From Amoebidium appalachense (taxonomy: Eukaryota > Protista > Ichthyosporea), in the NCBI GenBank assembly GCA_963693365.1, contig CAVNZM010000001.1, positions 7,580,907 through 7,644,906 of the forward strand: a DNA stretch of 64,000 nucleotides. The letters run 5' to 3'. The notes beneath the pieces were generated by a model. That model was given only the letters and a program-made list of their open reading frames with translations. It did no database searches and was not told the DNA's origin. Both the position numbers and the translations under genes were made by a program. Numbering within the stretch: position 1 is the first letter of the stretch; each line of letters begins with the position of its first letter. Below are positions 23,897 through 64,000 of the stretch, piece after piece.

Positions 23897-24420
23897 GTCC
23901 GTACGATGAGTAGCCTCAATCTGTGGAAGGCGAAGGTAGCATGCATTGAAGAACTGCTGAATGGTACGAGCACGGCTATTGTAGGGACGAAACCCGGTGA
24001 GTGGGATGGTGGAGTGAACTTCGGAGATCGGTGCAATAGAACAATTAAAGTCACCGATGATTGCATATGAACGGGGAAGTGACCGTAAGATGTGATCAAC
24101 CTCCGTATCCGAGAATGAAGGGGGAAGATAAACAAATGTGAATACCCGATGCTGATAAACAATGGAAAGATGGTACTCCCCGGAATTGATCAATCGGCAA
24201 TCAGATGCTACAGCTGGAATGGCTGATACGGCCCAGGCTACACCTCGGCATCGATGATTGGGTGAATAAACTGACGTACCAATCAGACAATTGGATTGCT
24301 GAAGCTGATGGTGATTGTAAAACCATGTTTCAACTAACCCAACAAAGGTGTAAGAGTGGGTCTGATGAAGAATATGGTGTAACTGTTAATGTTGTAATCC
24401 CCGCACATTCCAAAAATAGA
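23891..24420 (-). pseudogene. Apurinic-like (APE) endonuclease N-terminus of LINE ORF2, disrupted and truncated
   Basis: WNVRGL (24412-24395), GLVE, FVYLPPS, IIGDFN and ATH motifs, with internal stops and frameshifts. Confidence 0.85.
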
Positions 24421-24432
24421 CCAATATAGGCT

Positions 24433-25638
24433 TCACTGAGACTCAGCCGGAAGTTTGTCCAACCAACGTTTGTAGAAGTCAAGAACGGGCCGCGAGAACG
24501 CGAAGCATGATCGGGCAGGCCCCCCTTCTCTGCTTCAGCACAAGCATGCTGAAAATACTCGATCTGCTTGCACAAACGCCGACGCAACAAGTAGTTGGCT
24601 TGGTCTGGGCGTCCAACAGTTCCTTCTTCTTAATTCCCTTCTGCATCGGGTTGGAAGTCCTTGTACAGTCCTTGGGGTTTGGGGTCGAGCACCTCAAGGG
24701 TGCAACGGCGGAGGTGATCAGTGAGGGCCGCGGCATACCCAGGATCCACCAATAGCTCAAGAATCTGACCACCACTGGCAATGAACAAGTAGGAATGGAT
24801 AAGACTCGTGCGCACTCGGAGGGCCCGGAAGTCAGCCTTGATTTCACGGATGTAACGACGGAAAAGACGAACATACACCGCGGTGAGGTCAGAGGGGAAT
24901 TGGCCGGAGGACGTCGCGCCCGTGGTAGGTCGGACTGGCTACTTGGGCGGACGAGCCTTGAGTCGTTGAGCTGCATTCACAAAATCATCAACAAGGTGCA
25001 CGTTTTGAACGATGCTGCGGATGGAGTGAGCAACAGAGCGAAGCTCATCAGGGCCTTGAGCAACAGCCGCTGCATAAGAACGCGGCTGGAGCTCACGCAC
25101 CGGCTGAGAAGCCCGTGCATGAGTGGTACCACCGGCCCGGGCAGTAGCATCGCCAACAGCGTCACGGGGAGCAGGGAAAACAGCGGGAATCTGAACAGGA
25201 GAAGGCTCAACACGGACGGGTTCGGATGCTGCTTGAGGAATAGGCCGACAAGTCAGGGAGCCGAGAAGTGGACAGCATGGCTTCAAGGCGAGAAATTTGC
25301 TCGGACAGTCGCGAGACCGTCTCAGTGAGAGCCTTTTTTGCTTGAGTGAGAGACTGGAGTTACTCGTGACGACGTCGGTTTTCCTCGCGCAAATTATCTT
25401 CAGTAGCAGAGGAAATGCGGGGATTCTTGGAGTGGGGCTCTCCAGCAGACTCATCATCCGAAGAGGCTGAGTATCCGTGCTTCTGAGCTCCACGAGCTGT
25501 AGCGGAGTCTTGAGAGTGCACCTGCATGGGGGTGGAGTTCACAATGGGATCTTTGGGATCTTCCGCGGCCAGAGGGGAGTACCGGTTGGTGGCTTCAGCC
25601 CCGGCTCCCCGAGAGCGACTGCGGAGCGCCTTGCTCAT
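24433..25638 (-). pseudogene. LINE ORF1 (gag-like) copy 2, inverted twin of 22710-23896
   Basis: Near-identical reverse complement (MSKALRSRSRGAGAEATNRYSPLAAEDPKDP...). Has an extra premature stop and frameshifts, and the same TAG after RLKARPPK (24941-24939). Confidence 0.8.
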
Positions 25639-25667
25639 GTTGGTGTGTGTGGTGCCACGTGTTTTTC

Positions 25668-26031
25668 ACAAAAAAATCATGTGAGTGTGATACTTGAAAG
25701 TGCTACCGTACACAAGATTCAGATTCGCGAAAGTTCAAGTGATGTGACAACAACTTGTCAGAGTCGAAACTCACAAAAAAATGAAGTGAGTGTGATACTT
25801 GAAAGTGCTACCGTACACAAGATTCAGATTCGCGAAAGTTCAAGTGATGTGATCAACAACTTGTCAGAGTCGAAACTCACAAAAAAATGAACTGAGTGTG
25901 ATACTTGAAAGTGCTACCGTACACAAATTCAGATTCGCGAAAGTTCAAGTGATGTGATCAACAACTTGTCAGAGTCGAAACTCACAAAAAAATGAACTAA
26001 GTGTGATACTTGAAAGTGCTACCGTACACAA
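25668..26031 (-). repeat. 106-bp monomer array (about 3.5 units), inverted relative to 22355-22681
   Basis: Reverse complement of the same unit; the last unit is cut at ...accgtacacaa by a poly-T run. Confidence 0.95.
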
Positions 26032-27543
26032 TTTTTTTTTTTTTTTCTTTTGACTGGATTTATTCGACGGAAAGATATGACAAGTATGCACGGCATACTG
26101 AGAAGACAATAAAAAAACTTCACGAGTTATCCAGTAACAAGTGCATACTGAGATACCTGAACACTGTGTGAAAATCATATAAATACTCAATGTGACGACC
26201 AACAGAATTCAACAAAAAGTCTAAAGTGTTCACATTGCCAGCTAGTGTAGCAGATACCCGGAGGGAAAGAGGTAAAACGCGACATAAAAATTCACACCTA
26301 TCAACATGCTTGCGATTAAAAAGGTCAGCACAAAAGTGGCACCAGCGGCGACGAAAACAAGAATTACAGCGCCACTGCACAACTTCCCAGGCAATATCAA
26401 CATCAGAGCACCATACAGACTTATCTACTAGGGTGGTATCCAAACGTACAGCAGGAGAAATGTATCCTGCCAAAGCTCCCAAAAAGCGATAATGATCAGT
26501 ACGGTGTTGCCTAAGGAACATAACACATGCCGACTGAGTTTTACCTTTGATTTCTCTATCAGAACGAGAAAGAAACTTATACTGCGTATGGTAATAACGC
26601 GAAAAGGCAGAAAAAACAGGAAGAGAAAAGAAAGAGGGAGTGAGATAGCGAGAGGAAGAATCAGGTGGAAAGAGGGTAGGCTGAGGACATTCAGAAGTAG
26701 CGTTGGTGAATCGGGGGGAAGAGGAATGGAGGGAGGGGGGGGAAAGAAAGCATAAAGAGGGTGACCATCAGGTAGCCTAACTAAATGAAAACAAAAACGA
26801 AGAGACAATTCCTCCATACGACAAACAGCAGACGATAAACCAAACATACTGATTAAGGGAGGCACAAACCGAGTACGAAACAAAGTGCGTAGCGCAGTAC
26901 CCTGAAAATCGTCGAACTCGTTCAGCGCCATTGCCGCCTCGCGAGGTGGGGCGCAGGCCAATAGCGGAAGTCCATATTCGAAAGTCGGCCGTAAAAAAGT
27001 TTTATAGTAGAGAAGAAGGTTCGCAGGATGGATCACAGACTCCTGTTGAAACATATTTGACACGATGTGAAGCTTACCCTTCGCACGAGCGATCCGTGCT
27101 GTGAGGAGCTTGCGGAAATCAATACCCCGTGCAGTAAAAGGAATACCCAAATAGTCATAGGTGCTCTGAACAGGAATAGGAAGGCCGGCCAATCGAAAGG
27201 AAGCGTTCTTCGAAAAAGTAGCACACTTTGCAATTCCGACTGTCATGAAATTCTCGGTGCACCATTGATCCACCTGACGAAGCATCTGGTGCATGACATC
27301 TTCGGTTAAGGAACAAAGAACAAGATCGTCCGCAAAAAGGAGACCCGGTACACGACGGGTATGTAGTTGGCCAAAGGGTTCGAGGGCGCAGGCTAAATCG
27401 TCAATGAAAACGTCAAACAACAACGGACTCAGGAGGGACCCCTGCAGAAGACCCCGGGAACGGGAAAAACCGGGTGTTAATGTTCCATTGACCGCCGCGC
27501 GTCCGCGAGTGGTATCGAACAACGCTTGCAGAAGACGGCCAAA
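26032..27543 (-). mobile_element. 5'-truncated LINE: reverse transcriptase C-half, CCHC-like C-terminus, 3' UTR, poly-A
   Basis: RGLLQGSLLSPLLFDVFIDDL, LLFADDLVL, YDYLGIPF, YKTFLRPTFEYG; then WRC...CHFC.....RKHVDRC...LDFLLN after a frame break near 26620. Poly-A at 26032-26050. The N-terminal RT motifs are absent. Confidence 0.92.
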
Positions 27544-27812
27544 TTCAGATTCGCGAAAGTTCAAGTGATGTGATCAACAACTTGTCAGAGTCGAAACTCA
27601 CAAAAAAATGAAATGAGTGTGATACTTGAAATTGCTACCGTACACAAGATTCAGATTCGCGAAAGTTCAAGTGATGTGATCAACAACTTGTCAGAGTCGA
27701 AACTCACAAAAAAATGAAATGAGTGTGATACTTGAAATTGCTACCGTACACAAGATTCAGATTCGCGAAAGTTCAAGTGATGTGATCAACAACTTGTCTG
27801 AGTCGAAACTCA
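27541..27812 (-). repeat. 106-bp monomer array (about 2.5 units), continuation of the array split by the RT copy
   Basis: tcgcgaaag recurs at 27551, 27657 and 27763; the array resumes in the register interrupted at 26031. Confidence 0.95.
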
Positions 27813-28182
27813 GAAATATCATACTTTTTGCAATTCAACAGAAAGTCTAGCCCCAGGGTAGTGATATTGGGAGAGCGGGTAAATGCCTGCAGCCGAACAG
27901 AAACTGGAACAATCTGGATTAACATGCTACATCGGTCTAAATGCTTTCTATCGAATCTAGTATCACAGAAGTGACAGCTACTGCCGCCCAAGCAACATTG
28001 AGCTTGGGCAGGGAAATACAATAATCAGACAGAGACGTAGGTTTCCTAATATGGAAAGGAATGCTACTTGCTAGCGGCAAGAACCATACAGGGAGCGCCT
28101 AATTTGCTTTTCCTCAGGGTCTAAAGTGATAAAGTGATAAAATGTGCGATACTCATCCACTATCTGCAGATCGAAATATACC
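27808..28182 (-). pseudogene. Degenerate C-terminal ORF2 fragment of a related LINE
   Basis: CHFCDTRFDRKHLDRC...LGLDFLLN is homologous to CHFCADLFNRKHVDRC...LDFLLN in the RT copy. The upstream segment DYCISLPKLNVAWAAV resembles DKSVWCSDVDIAWEVV. Confidence 0.75.
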
Positions 28183-29055
28183 GCGGAAGACTGACATAGA
28201 CTGACATTCCTTTCGTGCTTTCGCTTTGGCTCACTAAAACGAAGATATCAACTGAAATTAGTTGGTGTTAGCACTTACAAAGGCTCTTCAGTAAATACTA
28301 TATATGTTTGGGTGAGATAGTGTGTATATATGTGTGCACTTATGAGTCAAACATAGGGCGTTTATAAGAGTTTTCATGGAGTCAAACTTAACGGGAAGCT
28401 TTGACATAAACTGCTAAACCTAGCTTGTTTACCTGTAAACAACCCACTAGTGACAAGAAATGTCAGTTAATGTCCCTCTTTTAATAGCATTCAATTGGGG
28501 AGTGTCATTCTGCGTTTGGGTTTCCGGGGATACTTTTGCTGCCCGGGCAGTTGCATAGACTGGCTGATGCTTCCAAATCTATGGACTGGAGGGGTCCGGA
28601 ACTTAAATAAACAGGTGGGCTAAGTAACCGTGTGTGAGCCTGTGTGGGTGACTGTGTGTCTGTCTGTGTGTGTTTTGTTGCCCCGACTTGTATGGAAATG
28701 CCGCATGATCAACTCCGTTTAAGTGTAAGTATTTGCTTAGGTGGCTTTGTGGCGTGAGCATACACGTGTTCAAGTGTCTGCGTGCTTACCCCTACTTGCT
28801 TCTTCTCGGCTAGGAGTCGAGCAATGCACTTGTGCATGCTCAAGCAACATCGCATTGAACTGTGTATGATACGTGTTCCAGTATGTATGTGTCACACACG
28901 CATCGCGCACATGTGCAGTGTTTGTGTGTGCATGTGTGTGTGCGTGTGCATGTGTGTGTGCGCGCGGATGTGTGTGTGTGTCTGTGTGTGTGGTATGTGT
29001 GCGCGGGAGTTGTGTTTGTGAAGGTGAGCGCATGTCTGTCTCTCTGTGCGTGCGC

Positions 29056-29125
<70 letters not shown>

Positions 29126-29497
29126 CCTGGACCAGATACCCTTCCCCCTGATGCTTGCATCCCCCTCACTCGCCATTTCCCTTCTCTGGGAACCCCCCTC
29201 TCCCTTGCCCCCCCCTCCCCCCTCCCCCTCCCCCCCCCCCCCTTATTCCCCCCCTCCCCCCCCCCTCCCCTCCGCTGCCGCCTGTCCCCTACCCCTTTGC
29301 CGTCACGCTTTAGGGCAGTGTGTTGTGACGTGTTTGCATGCAACTCTCGGCTTGCATTCCATGCCAGCATGCTTGTCTTACCTGACACTGCTCAACTGAC
29401 TGACTAACAAGAGCGTCCGCCAGTGATAATCCGCCTGTCTATGGGACAAACGTAGACCACCACTGCATAGATCAGAAGGTTAAAGCCAACCAGCGCC

Positions 29498-55571
<26,074 letters not shown>

Positions 55572-56573
55572 AGTCCCCCCCCCCCCCCCCCCCCCCCGTT
55601 CCCCCCTCTCCTCCGCCCAATCCTTCCCTCCCTCTTCCCTTTCTCTTACCCTACCTTCTATGTTGTCGTTCTTCTTTGTGTTTGGCACTTGTAGCTCGTT
55701 CATTCTACCTCTTTGTTAGCAGGTTTTGGGCAGATGTTTTATGAACAGTGTCTCTATACGTGTGCACGTGCTGTGGTTAGCCGAATGCACACAATGTAGT
55801 GTTTTTTGTTTTCTGTGGTTTCCTTTTTTCCCCAACTCTCTGTATTGCAATGAATGAATGAATGGCACTGCCTTCCTTCTGTATCGGAGCCGTTTTGAAC
55901 TTAGGTATTTAGGCAATTTGGCCGCGCAAAGAGCGCAAAAGAAGATACAAAGTGTTGAAACGGAGTAAAGTTAACTGTATGAGCTGAAAAGTATACGAGG
56001 TTTGCCTGTAGCTAACGGGGAAATGGTAGACAAATTGGCATGTCTTTATTGGCTGGATTCTTGTGGTCGTGCCGTTGATAGCCAATAGGAACCTTTGTAG
56101 ATTTTTCTAGAGCTCACGGGAGCGAATTGGCTAGTAGTGGTAGTAGAAATGCCTCACACCTCCGTTTTTGTACACCAAAAAAAGGTTGTTTGAAAAGCAC
56201 CACAACATGAAATCGATGGTGCATGGTTGAGATTTAATGGACATCAAGTGAATGACTGCTTGAGGAGTATTTTAACAGTATGGTGAATAATTGCACAGTT
56301 ATATTGTAATTGTTTTTTTTAGGTATGGTTTTTGCAATGATTCATATTGTGATTTTGTAATGAAGTATCTACTTGCCTATTTGTATGCCTTACTAGCGCA
56401 GTTTTGGGATGTGCCCGTTTTTTACGCCTGTATTAAGTGTGTGACATCTCTACCACTTGCCAAATTGGAAGGCCAATAAAACCTTCAGAACTCAACCCCT
56501 TTTGGGTGATATGTGTAACAATGGCATATGGGTTGCACCCCTGGCCCTTTGTAAGCCAATCTACTTTGTTTGA

Positions 56574-56618
<45 letters not shown>

Positions 56619-56803
56619 ACACACACCACCACCACAACCACCGGTACCGCTACCCCCTCCCCCCGCCCCCCGCCCCCCCCAAAAAAAGGGGGGGGGGGGG
56701 AAAGGACCCATTACTAGACCACCCCAGTGACCCCCACCCACTGCCGAGACTAAGTTTATATCGCTGCAGCCTTTTCTTTCCCATGAGTCCAACGACGTTA
56801 ATC

Positions 56804-56854
<51 letters not shown>

Positions 56855-57501
56855 CTTTCCCAGTTATTGTAAGGGTGAAAATCTATGGGTGGGCTTAGGA
56901 ACATCATGTCCCCATAAATTCTCATAAGCTCCTTTCGGTCTTGATACCCTACGAATGGATGAATGAAGCCCCGGTTGCAAGTGTGCGCCGGGGAAGGGAG
57001 GATACACGTACATGTACAGTCGACTCTTGTTTACCCCCCCCCCCCCCCCCCCTGGGTGTCACCGTCTCACCATATTCATCCAATAGAAAACGGCTCTCGA
57101 TATGGCGGCTCCCACGTGAATAACGTTATAATCACGTATATGTATAACGCTTGGTTTGCCCGCAACACCATCACACATGAGCCTACCCCCATCCACCAAG
57201 GGCCGGGGTCTTCAAGGATGGACATTTGCAATTGGTGCATGCGCAGGTCTAGAGGGTGATAGCTAGTAGGGTACATACGTGTGGAATGCAAAAGTACCCA
57301 AAAAAATTCATATAAAAAATAGTCAACACACTATACCAATATTCTCAGCATTATGACCAATTGCAACAGCAACGGCCGTTGAACTTCAAGGACAATCGTG
57401 ATAACTAAAACTTGGAAAAATGGGGAGGCCTATAGGCTAGGGGACTGTATGTATACCGGGATGAATCCATGATCTCGAACTTGGTCATGGACGCTATAGC
57501 C

Positions 57502-57532
<31 letters not shown>

Positions 57533-57711
57533 TTCCCACTCCCTTCTCCCCCTGCCACGGGGGGGGGGGGGGGGGGGGAAGGAGGGGGCACTATAACGAG
57601 AGGACACTATGTTAACGTTCATGTCCACTACCCCGACCCGGCCGGGACATGAAGGGCAGGTAGGGTTGCCTCGATTTTTTTCTTTTCTTTCTTTTTTTTC
57701 TTTTTTTTTTT

Positions 57712-57742
<31 letters not shown>

Positions 57743-57885
57743 GGGGGGAGGGGGGGGGGGGGCAGGCGGGGAAGATGCCAAAAGCATACAGCATATCAAC
57801 GTTTTATTATCGCAGGCATGAAGTCTGCATTTAGGCGAACCAACATGCATATATAATTTCCCTCCGTTATTTGCTACCTAAATAA

Positions 57886-57921
<36 letters not shown>

Positions 57922-58808
57922 GAACCCCCACGTGTGTTTTCTCAGTACCGAAAAAAACACGAGAAAACAGGAACAAAACAATAGTTATCCTTAGTTCATG
58001 TTGCAAAAACCTACAGACACTCAATAAATTACATGTAAAAGCAGCTTTTAAAGCATGAAAAATGTCAGTATTTACCATGTACCACACCCTATTGGTCGAT
58101 GGCATAACGTACCATACAAATTCAAGGATTAATTCATAATTCCTCGTCTAAATATCTAACAGGCCTAATTAATTAAGTCGGGTGGTCATTGCAGAGGAAT
58201 GAAACATACATCTATTTATAGTTGTAAAGACGCCATATCAAACATCGGTCACCTATTGATATATGTGGTTCATACTGACATTAACACATCTATTCGAACA
58301 TTGCCATACACTCTTCATGAATGTCTAAACTGCACTAGTTCGAAACAAGAGTTTGCACAAGTAGGTTTTGGTGTAAACAACAAGAACATGCAAACCAAAA
58401 AAAAAAAGGTGACGAGGTCTAGGAGGAAAAGGGAGTGGTGTGTGTGCGCGTGCGCATGCCTGTCTGTGTGTGTCTGGATGTGTGCACGTCTGTGTATGCC
58501 TTCGACCCGCTCCCACACACGCCAGTGTCTGTGTGTGTTGGGGAGGGGGGGGGGGGGATGTGGTTTTGTGTGTGTTCGTGCGTGCACGTGCGTGGTGTGT
58601 CTCTCTGTGTGTACATGCGTGTCTGTGTGCGTGTCTGGATGTGTTTGAATGTGTGTGTATGTGTGCACGGGCACACTTGAATACAAAGCAAACGAAGGGA
58701 GGGTAGAAGTCATACAAGGGGTTACAAAGACACGACCAAATAAAAAAACAAGACACGCAGACACGGAGACACACACAGAGACACGCGCGCACACACACAA
58801 ACGCACAT

Positions 58809-58844
<36 letters not shown>

Positions 58845-58876
58845 GCACGCACGCACACACACACACACACTTTCCA

Positions 58877-63081
<4,205 letters not shown>

Positions 63082-63577
63082 CTGCAAGTACCAAAAAAAA
63101 GAACGAAAAAAAGAGAGAGAGAGAGAGACTTTTGTTAGTAAGGGGCTTCTTGGTTGGGGAAGAGCGTGTGTGTATTTGTTTTTGTGTGGGGGGGAGGGTT
63201 GGGAGGGGGGCAGGGGGGGGGAGGGGTTGATAATATATGTAGCTGACCTGGAATGAAAAAGGACACAACATCACAGAGCAAAAGAAAGGTAGTAAACACA
63301 AGAAGTAAAAAAAAGGGCATGACAAAAAAAGGAGTGGTGGGGGGGAGGGGGAGGTGGGGGGGGAGCTGGGTGTTTCTTTCTTTTTCTTTCACTTTTCTTT
63401 TTTTCTCCCTTTTTTTTTTAGAAGGGAGGGGGGCTGGGGGGGGGGGGGGAGGGGGGGGGGACGAGGAGGGGGGACAGAATTCATTGCAATGTGCGAAGTA
63501 ATATATACCCAAGGAACAATGCAGTGCATAGTTTGCATCAAAGGACATGTACAAGAAGCATGATTTATAACAGAGCC

Positions 63578-63667
<90 letters not shown>

Positions 63668-63935
63668 GGGGGGAGGGCGGGGGATATTCTTTCTTTTTTT
63701 TTGGGGGGGGGGGAGGGGGGGGGGGGGTCAATGCGGGGATGTGCTTGAGCGTTTGTATGTATGAGCCTGCGTTTGTGCCTGCACCTGCACGTGTTTGTGT
63801 GCGTATGTGAGATTGCCCTAGCGTGTGTGTATGTGTGTGTGCACGCGTGTGCATGTGTGTGAGCCGCGATTGTGTATGTGTGTGGCTAAAAGAACGGGGA
63901 GGGAAGAGGAGGGGGGGGGGGGGTTGGGGGGGGGG

Positions 63936-64000
63936 GTTTGAATGCGTCAAAAAGTACGAAGTACACAAGAACAAACGGATAACACGATGCAGAATGCAAG
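63936..64000 (-). mobile_element. SINE-like repeat, subfamily 2 copy, cut by the window end
   Basis: Exact reverse complement of ~50407-50471, adjacent to a G tract. Confidence 0.72.

Larger units (their letters stand above)
22134..28192 (-). mobile_element. Composite/nested non-LTR retrotransposon insertion with 10-bp target-site duplication
   Basis: GCGGAAGACT at 22134-22143 and 28183-28192 brackets the block. Poly-A tail on the minus strand at ~22143-22161. Contains ORF1, APE, RT and CCHC-type C-terminal fragments. Confidence 0.8.

Noticed and set aside
22355-27807. LTR, DIRS or Penelope element suggested by the inverted repeats
   Set aside because: The coding parts are APE plus non-LTR RT (QGSxLSP, FADD) with poly-A; no integrase, tyrosine recombinase or GIY-YIG motif was seen.
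22355-27812. 106-bp arrays as a CRISPR-like array
   Set aside because: The units are contiguous and near-identical with no unique spacers, there are no cas genes, and the context is a eukaryotic LINE.
57661-57672. TAGGGTTGCC, resembling a hAT/MITE terminus (similar words at ~21592 and ~60102)
   Set aside because: No nearby partner terminus or 8-bp target-site duplication was found.

Overview
Intron-rich eukaryotic genomic DNA; almost all entries in the ORF track are microsatellite or homopolymer artefacts. Five spliced genes were assembled by hand from GT-AG exons: the 3' end of TRAPPC11 (+), a 3-beta-HSD-like NAD-dependent epimerase/dehydrogenase (-), a bestrophin-like membrane protein (+), a complete 26-kb class IIA PITP (RdgB/PITPNM/Nir2; PITP-FFAT-DDHD-LNS2) (+), and a 5'-incomplete CBM21 PP1 glycogen-targeting subunit (-). 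Gene content suggests an opisthokont, plausibly a unicellular holozoan, but this is inference. Between genes 3 and 4 lies a ~6 kb composite non-LTR retroelement flanked by a 10-bp target-site duplication. It contains two tail-to-tail LINE 5' halves (106-bp monomers + ORF1), an APE fragment, and a 5'-truncated RT copy inserted into the monomer array. Introns also carry a ~200-bp SINE-like repeat that always ends in ATTCAAA + poly-C on the host sense strand. Splice sites are unusual, with weak GT donors followed by poly-C and acceptors preceded by (CA)n. All protein identities come from recalled family motifs, not database searches.
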